A DNA stretch of 63,010 bases, filler included, from Choristocarpus tenellus KU-1152 (lineage: Eukaryota > Protista > Phaeophyceae), in NCBI GenBank assembly GCA_964200185.2. It is 11 parts of 11 records of this genome, joined end to end, with 100 filler letters (N's around TTAATTAATTAA, not from the genome) between each part and the next. Parts side by side here need not be neighbours in the genome. Positions count along the whole stretch, not along the records: positions 1 to 3,213 come from CAXNAD020021491.1; positions 3,314 to 8,191 come from CAXNAD020012693.1; positions 8,292 to 11,705 come from CAXNAD020020201.1; positions 11,806 to 15,732 come from CAXNAD020017103.1; 7 more parts are not named here. One strand, 5' to 3'. A program made the position numbers and the translations under genes. Shown one piece after another: positions 1 to 11,849 of this stretch. The notes under the pieces are model-generated. The model had not been told where the DNA came from, did not search any database, and saw only the letters and a list, made by a program, of their open reading frames with translations. Position 1 is the stretch's first letter; every line of letters begins with the position of its first letter.

Positions 1-106
1 CCCCAGATAATTGAGCCTGGCAGCAGAACTAGGTGTAAGCCAACCAAGTGCTAGACAACAGAGACATTGCATAGTAGGTCAAATGGACTCTGGAGCCAGA
101 GTACTT

Positions 107-330
107 GAGAAAGGTAGGCAGTGTTTGGCCTTTTCGTAATCAAAGCCATATTTCTTACCCTATGCAATATACCCTATTTAATTTCTTTCTGTACACAAGA
201 GGAACGACGCAATATTGATATTCCCCCTTTCGACAAGCAACGTGGCACCAAAATTTTAGCAAAAGCTCTTTCTGCTATTTTTCAAAATGATGTTTTGCCA
301 TTCAAAGGGACATCCATCAACTGTTATACG
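107..330 (+). mobile_element. MITE family C, copy 1 (degraded)
   Basis: Starts GAGAAAGGTAGGCAG; shares blocks TTTCTTACCCT, ATTGATAT(T)CCCCC and CACCA(A/C)AATT with 2564-2796. Confidence 0.65.
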
Positions 331-1004
331 AGTGAATAGTTTGAATGAGGTCATGCTAAACCTCAACTACATTAATATAAACCCCCTTGATATTTTCTGC
401 TGATCTCTGCCCCCCGACAAAAACAACAACAGAACATGCAACATCTAATTTAACTTGGAGAAGATCGTAGCATTTATTGGAGCCCGAGAAACGCTTTCCC
501 AATCACTCCCCTCAACCTCACGTCATTTTTCTCGCAAATTTCTCGCCCCAAACCCGAGCCCTACCTGATGTAAGAACTGTACTCTGTCATCTACACCCAG
601 CTAATAAGCTGTGACCACAAATGTACGCCTGTCCATATGTATATTGTCTCCATGTACCCTACTCGCATACATAAACGGTAGGTGGTAGTAGGTACGCCCC
701 CCCCTCCCTGTAGGTTTATCTGCAATGAGCTTTGTCCATCCGCATTGTGTGAATTGGGTGGCAAGATGGCAAATGTGAACAAGGTAGGAAGTTGTCGCTT
801 TAACAGTAGTATGTATGTGTGGGGGGTTCGCGACAGATAAACACATTCTTCTGTGGTAGCAAAGCTGACTCACTACTACTGCTGATCATCAGTGTTTTAC
901 TGCTGCGAGGCGATGGGGAGGAAAGAAAGAGTTGGTGGTTCGTAGGACGTGACACGAGTTGGGGTGGGTGGTGTTGCCGATCAGTTTAGTTGTCCCCGAG
1001 GGGA

Positions 1005-1184
1005 CGGACCTCACTTGGCTGTAGTGTAATGCCAAGGAAATCCAGCTGGAGCGTCGCAAGCGACACTTTACCCAGCGATTTCAAAAACAGGTGTGAAATT
1101 TGATCTCCATTGGAGATCATCTAGTTTTCACACTAGATAGAACAGATACTACACATGATCTTAGCCAAAAGGCCGAGAAGGTAT
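1005..1184 (-). ncRNA. U2: U2 spliceosomal snRNA
   Basis: Reverse complement reads AUACCUUCUCGGCCUUUUGGCUAAGAUCAUGUGUAGUAUCUGUUCU: stem I, the U6-pairing segment and the branch-point recognition sequence GUAGUA. Stems IIa (CUAGU/ACUAG), IIb (UGAUCUCC/GGAGAUCA), III and IV (CUUGGC/GCCAAG) all fold. The 3' end is approximate. Confidence 0.96.
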
Positions 1185-1204
1185 GGTCAGTACATTTTCC
1201 AAAC

Positions 1205-1249
1205 TCTGCATATAAGTAAGAAATATTTCAACCCACAAGAATTTGGGAC
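1205..1249 (-). promoter_or_regulatory. Putative U2 promoter: TATA-like element near -28 and USE-like GTCCCAAATTC near -65
   Basis: On the minus strand, CTTATATG lies about 25-32 nt upstream of the U2 5' end. GTCCCAAATTC (1239-1249) loosely resembles the plant snRNA USE RTCCCACATCG. Confidence 0.35.
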
Positions 1250-2079
1250 AAACATTAAAACAAAACATTGCGACGAGTAAGAACGATTAACCCACAACAA
1301 GAATTAAACCTCGGTCTTGTTGAGACAGGTGTTCCGTGTATAAATTTCGCGGGATCAAACCCAATCGATCCGAGACTTCCTTTCACGGACATCTGGTTTC
1401 AATTATCTAATGTTCCACGTTGCAAGCACTACGGATTGTATACACCCGCTGGACTACCCTGCCTGTGGCTATTTTACCACAAAACGCTCGACTAAGATCG
1501 GGGTGGAAACATAAAAGAGGCGGGTCCGAGACAAAATTTGAGGGAGCAGACAAAAGGACGAGTGATCGGAGTGTGACGAACTCATCGCTCTAGAACCAAC
1601 TCAGGAACAGAAGCAGTTCAAATGATCATAATCAAATAGTCAATACTTCATTCCTAACTTAGGATCCCCGTCCCAAATTCCCTCCTGTTTCTATATTGCT
1701 ATGTGCCGTTTGTCCAAGATTTGTAGATGGCGCAAAAACGAGGATACTGTCTAAGATGCCTAATTTGATTGTACTCTGACTCTTAGACCCTTACCACTTC
1801 TACTATTGATTCTTGTTTTACAAATGAATTAAAACACACATCTTGCATCAGTTCACCCATGTATAGTATGTGGTGATGCTCCAACATTTCACGGATAGAT
1901 GTATAAACCGTGTAGGACAAAGAAGGAACACACAACATGTTTGGACTGAAGCGTCATCAAAATGGTAGTACAAGGTACATAAACGGAGAGTAGAGGAGTA
2001 ACACACACAGACACACAGACACACACGCACACACACACACATCCAAACTAAAAAAGGAGAAGAAAAAACACACCTACCT

Positions 2080-2336
2080 GGGTGAAAGTATCTTAGAGGG
2101 TACGAGTTTTTTTGCCCTGTTTGTCCATTTGGGGCTTTTCTTCCCACTGGTTTTTAATGACATTTTACCTGGTCTGAATGGTTTGGAGTAGGTAAAATGT
2201 ATACGTTATGAAAACGTGCGTTCGAGACAAGGATATTGACATTTCCAAACACCGTAACCAAAATTACATCAAAGTACCAACATTGGATTTTGGTCCACAA
2301 ATGGATGCCGCTCTACCCTCTAAGATACTTTGACTC
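2080..2336 (+). mobile_element. MITE family A, copy 1 (~257 bp, PIF/Harbinger-like)
   Basis: TIRs GGGTGAAAGTATCTTAGAGGGTA ... TACCCTCTAAGATACTTTGACTC; internal sequence aligns by eye with 10 other copies. Confidence 0.9.
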
Positions 2337-2563
2337 ACCTATGCGTGAAAACCCCCTGCTTTAATTTGTGTTGGTGTCCCACCCCCTGATTTTGTGAGAC
2401 CATCAAGATATGAATCCACATCAATTGGGATACCCCTTTCTAGTTTTATTTTATTGAAAGAAAATAAAAGAAATAACCTAAAAATGAAAAGAAAAGATCG
2501 AAGTAAAAACGGGGAAAAATAATTAAAATGAAATCCTAAAGTTGGGAAAGAGCTAAACTAATT

Positions 2564-2796
2564 GAGAAGTAGGCGGGTTGGGTCGTTTGCAATCTAAGCC
2601 ATCTTTCTTACCCTGTCCAATACACTCTATTTCATTGCTTTGGTTTACAATAATAGTTTAACTCAAAATTGATATCCCCCCCTATCCGCACACAAAGTGA
2701 CACCACAATTCAGCAAAGGCTCCTTCTGCAATTGTACAAAATAGCATATTTTTGCCCATTCTCGATATCCTTAAAATGCAACCCTGTCTACCAATC
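2564..2796 (+). mobile_element. MITE family C, copy 2
   Basis: GTAGGCGGGTTG ... CAACCCTGTCTAC inverted ends; similar to 107-330 and to the reverse complement of 28849-29082. Confidence 0.72.
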
Positions 2797-3213
2797 AGTT
2801 GGCTTGTCTCAAAAAGAGAAAAGAAACCAGCCAATTAAATCCAGACAGATATAACCTCATCTAGGAAAACGATCAACCGCCACAAGGTCCACGGATCTAT
2901 CCACTAACAGAACTAGTCAACACAACTCAAAAAACAAGTCAAATCCAGTCCCTTACACCCTCCACCAACACATAATAATAGATAATATCACCACAAGAAT
3001 CAACACGGAGGGCATCCTATTATTAACGGTATTTGAAAAAAAATGTTCTTTGAATAATATGTTACTATTATTTTATTATGCCCTCCGACATTTTGCAGAT
3101 GTGTCAGGGGAAAAAACAATGAAAATTATTCACATGCCAAAAAAAAAACTAAGAAAGGAACAGTTGTCGCATATGTGAAATATGTTATTTAAGGGTCAAA
3201 GTATCTCGGGGGG

Positions 3214-3313
3214 NNNNNNNNNNNNNNNNNNNNNNNNNNNNNNNNNNNNNNNNNNNNTTAATTAATTAANNNNNNNNNNNNNNNNNNNNNNNNNNNNNNN
3301 NNNNNNNNNNNNN
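3214..3313. other. Artificial contig linker N44-TTAATTAATTAA-N44 (first of ten)
   Basis: Identical 100-bp six-frame-stop spacers also at 8192-8291, 11706-11805, 15733-15832, 19694-19793, 31860-31959, 38071-38170, 45754-45853, 55645-55744 and 59278-59377. A 10-N gap is at 32239-32248. Confidence 0.99.
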
Positions 3314-3710
3314 ATGACTCCACCGACCGCACTAATTATTCAAGCAAGCAAGTCAATGCAGGGCATACATGTACACGATGATCAAACGAAACCATTGTCG
3401 CCCCCCACACACTGTCCTACTACCACCTTCGGGATGGATTACCATTCAAAAAGGGGCCCTTAAAAAGTGCCGCAACATTTACAACAACAAAAAACTATGG
3501 GCACTTTCCGTGCACCATTTTGGGTCAAACCCATCCTCAATTTTAGTGATCGACTGTTACTTTTGTGATCTATTAAAAATATATATATGTAGGAGATATT
3601 TCGAGATTGTACATTTATTTAGTTTAAAGTGTTTCGCTACATATTATTGTATTAGATAGTTTAGTAGTATTGCAGACTATATACTTGGAGAGTTCAAAGG
3701 ACGGCCCCGT

Positions 3711-3792
3711 GACGACGTTGCAGAGTGGTCAAATGCGTCGGTTTCAAGCACCGATCCTTCAGGGTTCCCGAGTTCGAACCTCGGCGTCGTCA
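3711..3792 (+). tRNA. trnL-CAA: tRNA-Leu(CAA), intronless, long variable arm
   Basis: Acceptor stem GACGACG/CGTCGTC plus discriminator A; D-arm GCAGAGTGGTCAAATGC; anticodon arm TCGGT-TTCAAGC-ACCGA; long variable arm; T-arm CCGAG-TTCGAAC-CTCGG; a T-run follows. Confidence 0.95.
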
Positions 3793-4758
3793 AAGTTTTA
3801 GAAATATGAGTAACACAAACAAATTTTGTCTTTTAGAAACTCCACAAACTCTTGGGGGACGATCGTTGTGTTTACCAGTGATATTGCCTCCTCTACAATA
3901 CATACACAGATGATGCCTGTCACATTCCAATTCGACAGCGCAGCAACTTTACCCGATCAGATAAACATAGTATCAATCTGCTTTAACAGTTCAACATCAT
4001 TAGAACTGAGTGAACTAATGACCCAAATCAATCGCTTCAAAATACAGCTCCCACACAAAGAGTAGTCACTACAGAAATCATCACGAGAATCTTTAAATCC
4101 ACAACCACAATAAATCAAACCCTTCAATTTCAATCTACTTCCCCCTCTCATTATAAACCTATATTTTTGAAACAAGGGAGGGTTACACGTATCGTGAACT
4201 TGTAATGGTTTGATTGAGCTATACTACCCCGACCAAAGATTGAAGCAACTAAGATGGAGGAGCTCTGTGTGATGCTCTGATTTGGTGTAATCGCATGCAG
4301 ATGTAGAAGTTTGTGTGGGATACTCATTTCTAGGTTTTGTTTAACTTATCTACAGGAGTTTCTGGTTTCTGAGCCTCGTCATGGGCTCGCTTATTGGAGG
4401 GGAATCTATTTTCTATTCCTTTAAGCAGTGCTTATCTGTTGTGTTGATATGTACATCGATTCGTTCATTTATTGATTTTGGGCGCATTCGTTTCATAAAT
4501 GGTGGAATGAATCATGCTTAACATATTGCGCAGATGGAACAACTTGGACCCCTTGTGACCATTCAGGGATATTTAATACTCCAGATGAGCTTTGTGTAGA
4601 AGCACCAGATAAACAGCTCCGTAAGCAGGCCTCAGCAGAACTGTCCTGTGTTATTTAGGTAGGGGGATGCCCCTATTGAGCATGGAATTCCTCTTTGTTT
4701 GGTTGTGTCAAAAGAGGGTAGGTGACCTGCGAAATACCCCTCATCCAGGAAGAGCTTG

Positions 4759-5110
4759 TGTTACAGGCGATATGTCTTGATGTCGGTTTCATAAACACCA
4801 TTATGGCCTTGAGTCCTAGTTTTGACATATATTTGATATATTTGTACTTCTTGACTATTTATATCTTATTTAGTTTTTAGCATGCCCCCAGGTCGTACAT
4901 CGTTGCCAGTTCTTTTTTTTGTGATGATATTGATGATACTTATGAAGTGAATAATCCAAGTGAGAGATCCAGCATACTTGACGACTTGTGCGTTGGACCT
5001 GTTGACGGTCCGAGTATCCTGGAGGCTTGTACGAGCATCAGCGTCATATATGGTCAGTGGATTGGAGCTATACATCCTATGGAGGTAAGCTTCTGGAGCG
5101 TGCTGTAACA
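4759..5110. mobile_element. LTR-like repeat (352 bp, TGTTACAG...CTGTAACA)
   Basis: TG..CA termini with an 8-bp inverted repeat. The first ~42 bp recur at 7965-8008 and the last ~100 bp recur at ~26600-26701. Confidence 0.65.
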
Positions 5111-6291
5111 AGGAGGTATAACCGAGACTTCCGTGTTGTAGCACTTGGTGTATGGCACATGATTCTCCCTGGATTGTCCCTCTACCCTTGGTCCCCAATA
5201 TTGCTGGTCAACGCTCGAAGAATCCAAGAGTTGTGATACCTTTATGCTGTACAAGAGATTGACCTCTCCTTGTTGGTGTCCTCGACTAGCCAAGACATTC
5301 ACCAGTCCGTAGTATGTATGAAGCTGAATGACTTCTTGCAAGCATTGCAGATCATCTACTGTCAAAGCGGCTCAAGAACCAAAAAATATAATGGGCCTTC
5401 AAAATAATCTATCGGTGACTCAGGATTGTGCAGGACCAGCTTATGAGGACCTGTCAGAGAAGCCATACAGTTGTTAGCAGAGAAGGGAGGAAGGAAGGTG
5501 TCTCTCTAATATGGCCTCGCTTCCAGAGGCCAGTGTGTTGATTCGCTTGGCGCTTCCTCTTCAGCATCAACACGGCTTTATACTTGAATGTCTTCTTCAC
5601 TATCCGTTCAATGATCTTCAGCAGATACTACACATAGATGCATTACGTTTATTTCTGTTAAGGGTTGTGAGAGCATTTTATCCTTCTGACAACATTTTAT
5701 TGACTCATCAGTCATCGTATATTACTACTTCGGAGTATATTATTCATCATTTTCAGGGCTCATGTGTCTTCCATTGTCGTTGCTGTTAGTGCGAAAAGCG
5801 CCAGAAAAACAATTACACAATATTGTCTTCGAATAGACAGAGATATACTTCGAAGTACTTCAGTAGTTTCGTCTATCAATCATTTCCGCCCTTGTTCCCT
5901 ACCATAAACAGAACTTTGAGACCATATCAAGGCACTGCACAACAGTAGCACCCTTATTCTGAAGCAATATCTTCCATTGGAATTAGTACGAATCAGAACT
6001 GACGCATGATAATATCCAAGGTGACTATGAGCCAAAGTTAACGTTAGGTAGGTACCCAAATCTTGGTCGTATGTCATTTTAAGGCACATTTTTTGTCTTT
6101 CACAATACAACCTTATTTCTATGCCCCAGTGTTTGTATATTTTTTAACTCTAGGGTCTAGTGATACATCAGATATGTCAACGAAGCAGCAAAGCCTGTGG
6201 CGATTTCAGAGCTCCCTACTTCCCCATAGTCGTTGTACCTGGGTCGACCAGTAGGTTTGAGATCTACTCCTTGGCACAAGGGCAAATCTAA

Positions 6292-6548
6292 GAGCCAAAG
6301 TATCTTAGAGAGTAGAGACGCGTCCATTTGGGGTCCAAAATTTAATGTTGCGATTTTGATGTAATTTTTCATATCGTGTTTGTTAGGAAGTGTCAATATC
6401 CTTGTTCTAGGTACACCTTTTCATATCGTACACATTTTGTCTACTCTGAACATTTTGGAGTAGGAAAAAGACATAAAAAAAACATAGGAAGCCAAGCCCC
6501 AAATGGACAAACAGGGCAAAACTCGTACCCTCTAAGATACTTTCACTC
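6292..6548 (-). mobile_element. MITE family A, copy 2
   Basis: Full TIRs; flanking TAA/TAA target-site duplication. Confidence 0.92.
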
Positions 6549-7623
6549 TAAGTCACATCCACAGCTAGGTTGAGGTTATGGACAGGTCCCACTCAGCACA
6601 GATTCTAAGTGGCAGGAAGATTGCAGGCATCCTATTATTTCTGTATCATTCGTGGACAGCAACTTGAACCACATGTAAATTACTCAACACATTGAAGTCC
6701 TCGCTCTCAAATGCTAATTCACCAACAGTTGGCTTTCTTGACGCCTTAAATATTTCCACATGCATTCCACAGCCAGCTGCAGTAAATCCTGCTTGATTTT
6801 GTTTAAAAGTCCAAGATGAGGATGTTGGGCACAGTGCCCGCAGCTCCTATTGGTGTGTCCACGCTCTTACTCATTTCCAATGAAGTAAGTGCTTTGAGCA
6901 TAAGACACGTGATGAACCAGGGACTACAGCGTCCAGTCAGGCCCATAGTGGTATCTTATGTCTTGGCAAAGAATAGGAAGCATGACTGCCATGACCTTGG
7001 ACTATTTCAAGGGTAGAACCACACCTCAAGTACCGCGCTCAAGGCCTCGAGGTCTGATTCCACACGAAAGGTGGTGGGGGAGTATAATATCCGAAGTATC
7101 AAAATTGTAAATGTTGATCCTCCACATCAGTCTGAGAGGTCCCAGACCCGTGGCGAAAAAGGAAATCAGATGGAGACACAATACAACACAACTTTACACA
7201 TGGGAAAATAGAGAAAAGAGAGGAGGACCAAGGAAGTGAAGAAGAATACATAGAGTCTTTCTGCAGTACAATAAAATTTCCAAGACCCGAGGGATGTCAT
7301 CTTCCTTCACACATCAACTTCCCCAAGATCCTGGAAAAGGAAATTAACATTTCATTACCACGTCTCAGCTCATCCATCACTTTCACACAAGATTAAAAAT
7401 CGAGAAAACTCCATCAAAGGAAAGAACTCAATGTAGTGCACCATGAAGAGAAAAGGGTCTCAAGATGTTACAAGTAGTCGGTCAATCACAACGGAGAGAT
7501 AATGACTGGAGATATAAAGTGCTCCAGACTACTAATAGACATCAGGCAGGAGGGACTGGATCTGAGCCCTGATCTGCTTGACCTGCTAAATTTTCTACTT
7601 TAGCATTGTACTTGGTTCCATGA

Positions 7624-7881
7624 GAGTCAAAGTATCTTAGAGGGTAGAGCCGCGTCCATTTAGAGGCCAAACTCCAATGCTGTGGTTTTGATGTGATTTT
7701 GGCTATCTTGTTTGTTAGGAAGAGTCAATATCCTTATTCCGGACACACCATTTCATAACGTACACATTTTACCTACTCCGAAACATTTTGAAGTAGTAAA
7801 ATGTCATAAAAAAGCCATGGGAAGCCAAGCCCCAAACTGACAAAGAGGGCAAACCTCGTACCCTCTAAGATACCTTCACTC
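7624..7881 (-). mobile_element. MITE family A, copy 3
   Basis: Full TIRs; TGA/TGA target-site duplication. Confidence 0.92.
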
Positions 7882-7964
7882 TGAACCACACATGCATACC
7901 AGTCGTGCTGATCTGCTCTCAAGGTCCTCCACTCCTCAGCTGTCACTCTAAACTTCTCGAGATC

Positions 7965-8008
7965 TGTTACAGACGATATGTCTTGATGGCGGTTTCATGA
8001 ACACAATT
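7965..8008. mobile_element. Start of the second LTR of a decayed LTR retroelement (4759 to beyond 8008)
   Basis: TGTTACAGACGATATGTCTTGATGGCGGTTTCATGAACAC is a direct repeat of 4759-4799 and is cut by MITE A copy 4. Confidence 0.6.
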
Positions 8009-8164
8009 GAGTGAGAGTATCTTAGACGGTGCGAGTTTTGCCCTGTTTGTCCATTTGGGGCTTGGCTTCCCATGGGTTCTCTTATGACATTTTTCTACTC
8101 CAAAACATTTTGGATTAGGTAAAGTATATATGTTGTGAAATTGTGTGTCCAGAACATGGATGTT
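8009..8164 (+). mobile_element. MITE family A, copy 4 (5' part, interrupted by a family B terminus)
   Basis: Left TIR plus ~150 bp of body, then GACCCAAAGTATCTGGGGG and the contig end. Confidence 0.85.
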
Positions 8165-10454
8165 GACCCAAAGTATCTGGGGGAGGGGGGGNNNNNNNNN
8201 NNNNNNNNNNNNNNNNNNNNNNNNNNNNNNNNNNNTTAATTAATTAANNNNNNNNNNNNNNNNNNNNNNNNNNNNNNNNNNNNNNNNNNNNATAGTCCCG
8301 CTCCATCCTCAATTTTGCGAATCCACTATTATAGGTAAAAGGGGGAGGGGAGCATGGTTGTTGCAAATATTCACCAGTTTGTGCGTCTATATTATTATTA
8401 TAACATAGCTCTTATCTACTCAACCAAGGAGAACTGAAGTATTCACTTCTCTCCCATACTAAAAAATATGCACCAATATTCCAACAAAATCGGTGCATAC
8501 CACATTTTTTCTGTGCAATTCCGACATCGAAGCAGACATGAAATGCTCTCAATCCTGGTCCACTCAACTTTGCTGCCTTCATCGCCATCTCTTGCTTCTT
8601 CCACATCCGTATCTTCACACCGCCGTCACAGTACAATCCAGACAACGGCTCGTTCATCCAAGACACACTTCAGACAAAACGAGAACAGACGAGACACAAT
8701 AGAGCAAGCGCACAAAACATTCCATACAAAACGGAATACAACCACTTTTGCTCATCCCTATTCCACAACAATCCTACCATTGTTGTAGCACAAGAGTGCG
8801 TGAAGCAGTGGCTATCATGTTGTGGACATGTTTCCCAGCACCACTCTTCCCACGCACATCCTCCTTGCTCCACCACTGGACTGATACTTCTGCATTACAT
8901 CATATCTGATCCACACAACCCTGAACCACCACTCTTGATGAACAAAATATATTCCACACTGCACTTCATACGAAGCTCTGCCTCGCAAAATACAGTCAGA
9001 GGCTTGAAAAAGAGGACATGGTAACGACAGGTTAAAATCGCAGATCCATTGAGTTGGTCAACAAACGTGAGCTATCGTTAGGTGACATACTACTGTCAGG
9101 AGTGAGGAGGAGCCAACCACTCCCTCAACATGTCGAGAGTGCGTATGAATAGTTTGGGATAACATTCCTACCAAACCACTCAGTTCTCTATCTAGGTACT
9201 GGTGAGTGACTATACTCCGAAATAGTTGGCATACCATTTGCTCACAAATACGATGCTTGCTGCTTATCTATCCAAACCAATACCTCCACAGAGTTCCGGC
9301 GACTATTCCCACCTGGTACTTGAATGCCTGCCCCCCAGCCACAAATATTCAATAGTATCGCCCTTTCCACCTTCTACCTAACCCAACACACCACCATCCC
9401 AACCCAATCCCACTCAAGTACTATAAAATCACCACAACATTGTTTCCTCTCTTTTTAACCTCCAGGAACCTACCTAACCACTGAATTGAGACATCCTGAA
9501 CACCACACAACACACAATTGAGACAAGGACAAGACAATTACAATAATATACTATTCCTCCCCTCCCCTCCCCCGCATGTATCTAGCTGCCATTTTTTGCA
9601 TGTCTTCCACATCATACATCAAGAACCATCATCCCAACAACAAAAAACACCGACGAAGGGCATACTACAGAACACGACATTATCGAACCAACATTTGAAT
9701 TGCACGTGGAGAAAACGCCTCCACATCACACAGCCCAAAACGGATGGATGCATTCTTACCTGCTCATTGCTTCTCCTACCCTGTCAAAAGCTTCTGTCAT
9801 TATCAATCACCTTATCCTGATACCTTTCCACATACAACAACTGCAGGTGGGCTGATCAGTCAACCCCTTCTTCCTATTCAAGGCCATGTATCTCAATCTG
9901 CCTGCCCCACCATTACACAGCACACATCTTTTCTACAGAATCGATGCACTCAGGGGGGAGTAAATCGAATAATAAAATTCAGCATAGAGCCAGTGTGAGC
10001 CACGGGACGATCGCTGCCCATCACCATCCCACCAGACTTCCCTCCCACCCCTCACGTCCTACCTGCGAGCAGTCGCCCTGTTCACAATCACAAAATGTCT
10101 CGCTCCTACCACGCCCTTCCCTTCAGCTTGAGGAGGCAAAGGTGGGTGGAGTGAATGTGCATTGTGCCAGTTCCATATAGTAAAATAGAAAACATCCAAA
10201 GGATCAACTTGATGTTTAAAGAAGACCAAAAGAAATGAACCTGTTGAAAACATGTAGCATACGAGAGCAGCCCATGACTTCCTCACAACTACCTCCTGAC
10301 TTCACACAGGGTGAAGAACACCCCCACTCTGCTCTTGTCCATAGATTAGATTTCGTCATCCAAGGTGGGGCGGGGAAGGACTTGTGCAGTTGCATTGTCA
10401 CACAAGCAAGCACACAAAACTACTCCATTATTGCATTGTCTGCTGCTAGGAGCA

Positions 10455-10595
10455 TCACTTGAAGAGGGCAGAGATCGATTTCTTGTGGTGAATGTTATAG
10501 ATGGCCTGTGCCAACAGGTGTGAGACCGACAGCTGGATGATCTTGGAGTTGTTGGCGCAGTCATTCGACAACGGAATCGTGTCCAGCACCACCAC
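10455..10595 (-). CDS. PRS: Ribose-phosphate pyrophosphokinase (PRPP synthetase), terminal exon only
   Basis: After a TAAG acceptor it translates to VVVLDTIPLSNDCANNSKIIQLSVSHLLAQAIYNIHHKKSISALFK*, matching the PRS C-terminus (VVxxDTIP...KIxxLSVxxLLAxAIxxIHxxxSxSxLF). Not in the ORF track; upstream exons were not found in this contig. Confidence 0.9.
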   Translation of the reverse strand: MVVLDTIPLSNDCANNSKIIQLSVSHLLAQAIYNIHHKKSISALFK

Positions 10596-11849
10596 CTTAG
10601 TTGAAAAAGACAGAATACAATGCATTAATTATTATTGTTATTATTGCTTCATCTCAGAGGTCTCAAAACACTTAGGTAGTTGGAAACAAAGAATAAAATT
10701 CATTATTATTATTATTACTTCATCTCAGAGGTCTAAAAAACTTTGGTCGCAGGAAAAGGAGTGTAAAACAAAACAAAACAAAAAATGAAATAAACACACA
10801 CACACACATATATGAGGAGTTGAAAAGCACAGCTCACTAAGTTCAGTCGAAGTGGACAGAAAAAAAAATATCAATAGCAAAAGGGATTATTATTCCCCCC
10901 CCTTCCTGTGCTTACAAAAAGGATCAAACATCCAGGAAGAGGAGACAAGAGGATCATGACAAATATATATATATATATATATATATGATAGACAAGATGT
11001 GTCACCCCTTTGCTCTCAAAGAAAAATTAAAAAAATGTAAGAAAAAGTAGAGGCTGAGGTGTCAGCTGCCATCAAAACAGATGATGGCAAGAGATGGCAC
11101 AAAACATTGTAAAAAAAAAGGAAAAAACATAATAAAAAAGGAAACAGCTCGCGTACTCCTACAAAATGTATCAGAATGGGGGGAATAAGACAACCACACG
11201 AGCACCAACAGAAAAATAGAGTAACCCACACCAAATATAACCAGAGGCAATAAATTATCTTCCCGGGCACACTTCCAAGTGCATCACCCATGCTCACAGA
11301 GAATGAAACCATAAAAAAACTAAGGACACAAAATAAAAAAACAGAAAGGCCTTACTACTCTCGCACAGATGGGAAATCTTACCTATCAACAACAAACAAC
11401 ACAACCCCCCCCCACCCAACTCAATACACCTCCAAATCGATCACATTCGAATTCCACCCTCAAAGAAAATTCTCAGAATAAAAAACAAAACACGCAAGGT
11501 GGAGCTGTACCTTACACACCATTGGACAACACCGCAACCCCCACGCTCTAAACCAGGACTTCACGCTACTGAAGTGACTTGATTTTTTTAAATTATCCTT
11601 TGGTTTGCTCCTCTCACCCTCCCATCCCCCCCCCAAACAACCTTCACATACATACATACATACATACACAACACATACATAATACAAACACAACAAAAAT
11701 TTTATNNNNNNNNNNNNNNNNNNNNNNNNNNNNNNNNNNNNNNNNNNNNTTAATTAATTAANNNNNNNNNNNNNNNNNNNNNNNNNNNNNNNNNNNNNNN
11801 NNNNNGCAGTGAGAAGGTATTGGAGTTATTAGATTTGAAGACGAGCGTA

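Noticed and set aside
1735-1750. U11 snRNA (AAAAACGAGGATAC is complementary to a U12-type donor)
   Set aside because: No U11 secondary structure or downstream Sm site could be built; kept only as a speculative small-RNA lead.
3258-3269. Recurrent TTAATTAATTAA palindrome as a biological repeat
   Set aside because: It is always centred in exactly 88 Ns, so it is an artificial six-frame-stop linker.
3711-3792. Selenocysteine or suppressor tRNA (TTCA in the loop)
   Set aside because: Loop register U32-U33-C34-A35-A36 gives anticodon CAA; the 7-bp acceptor stem and A73 fit ordinary Leu.
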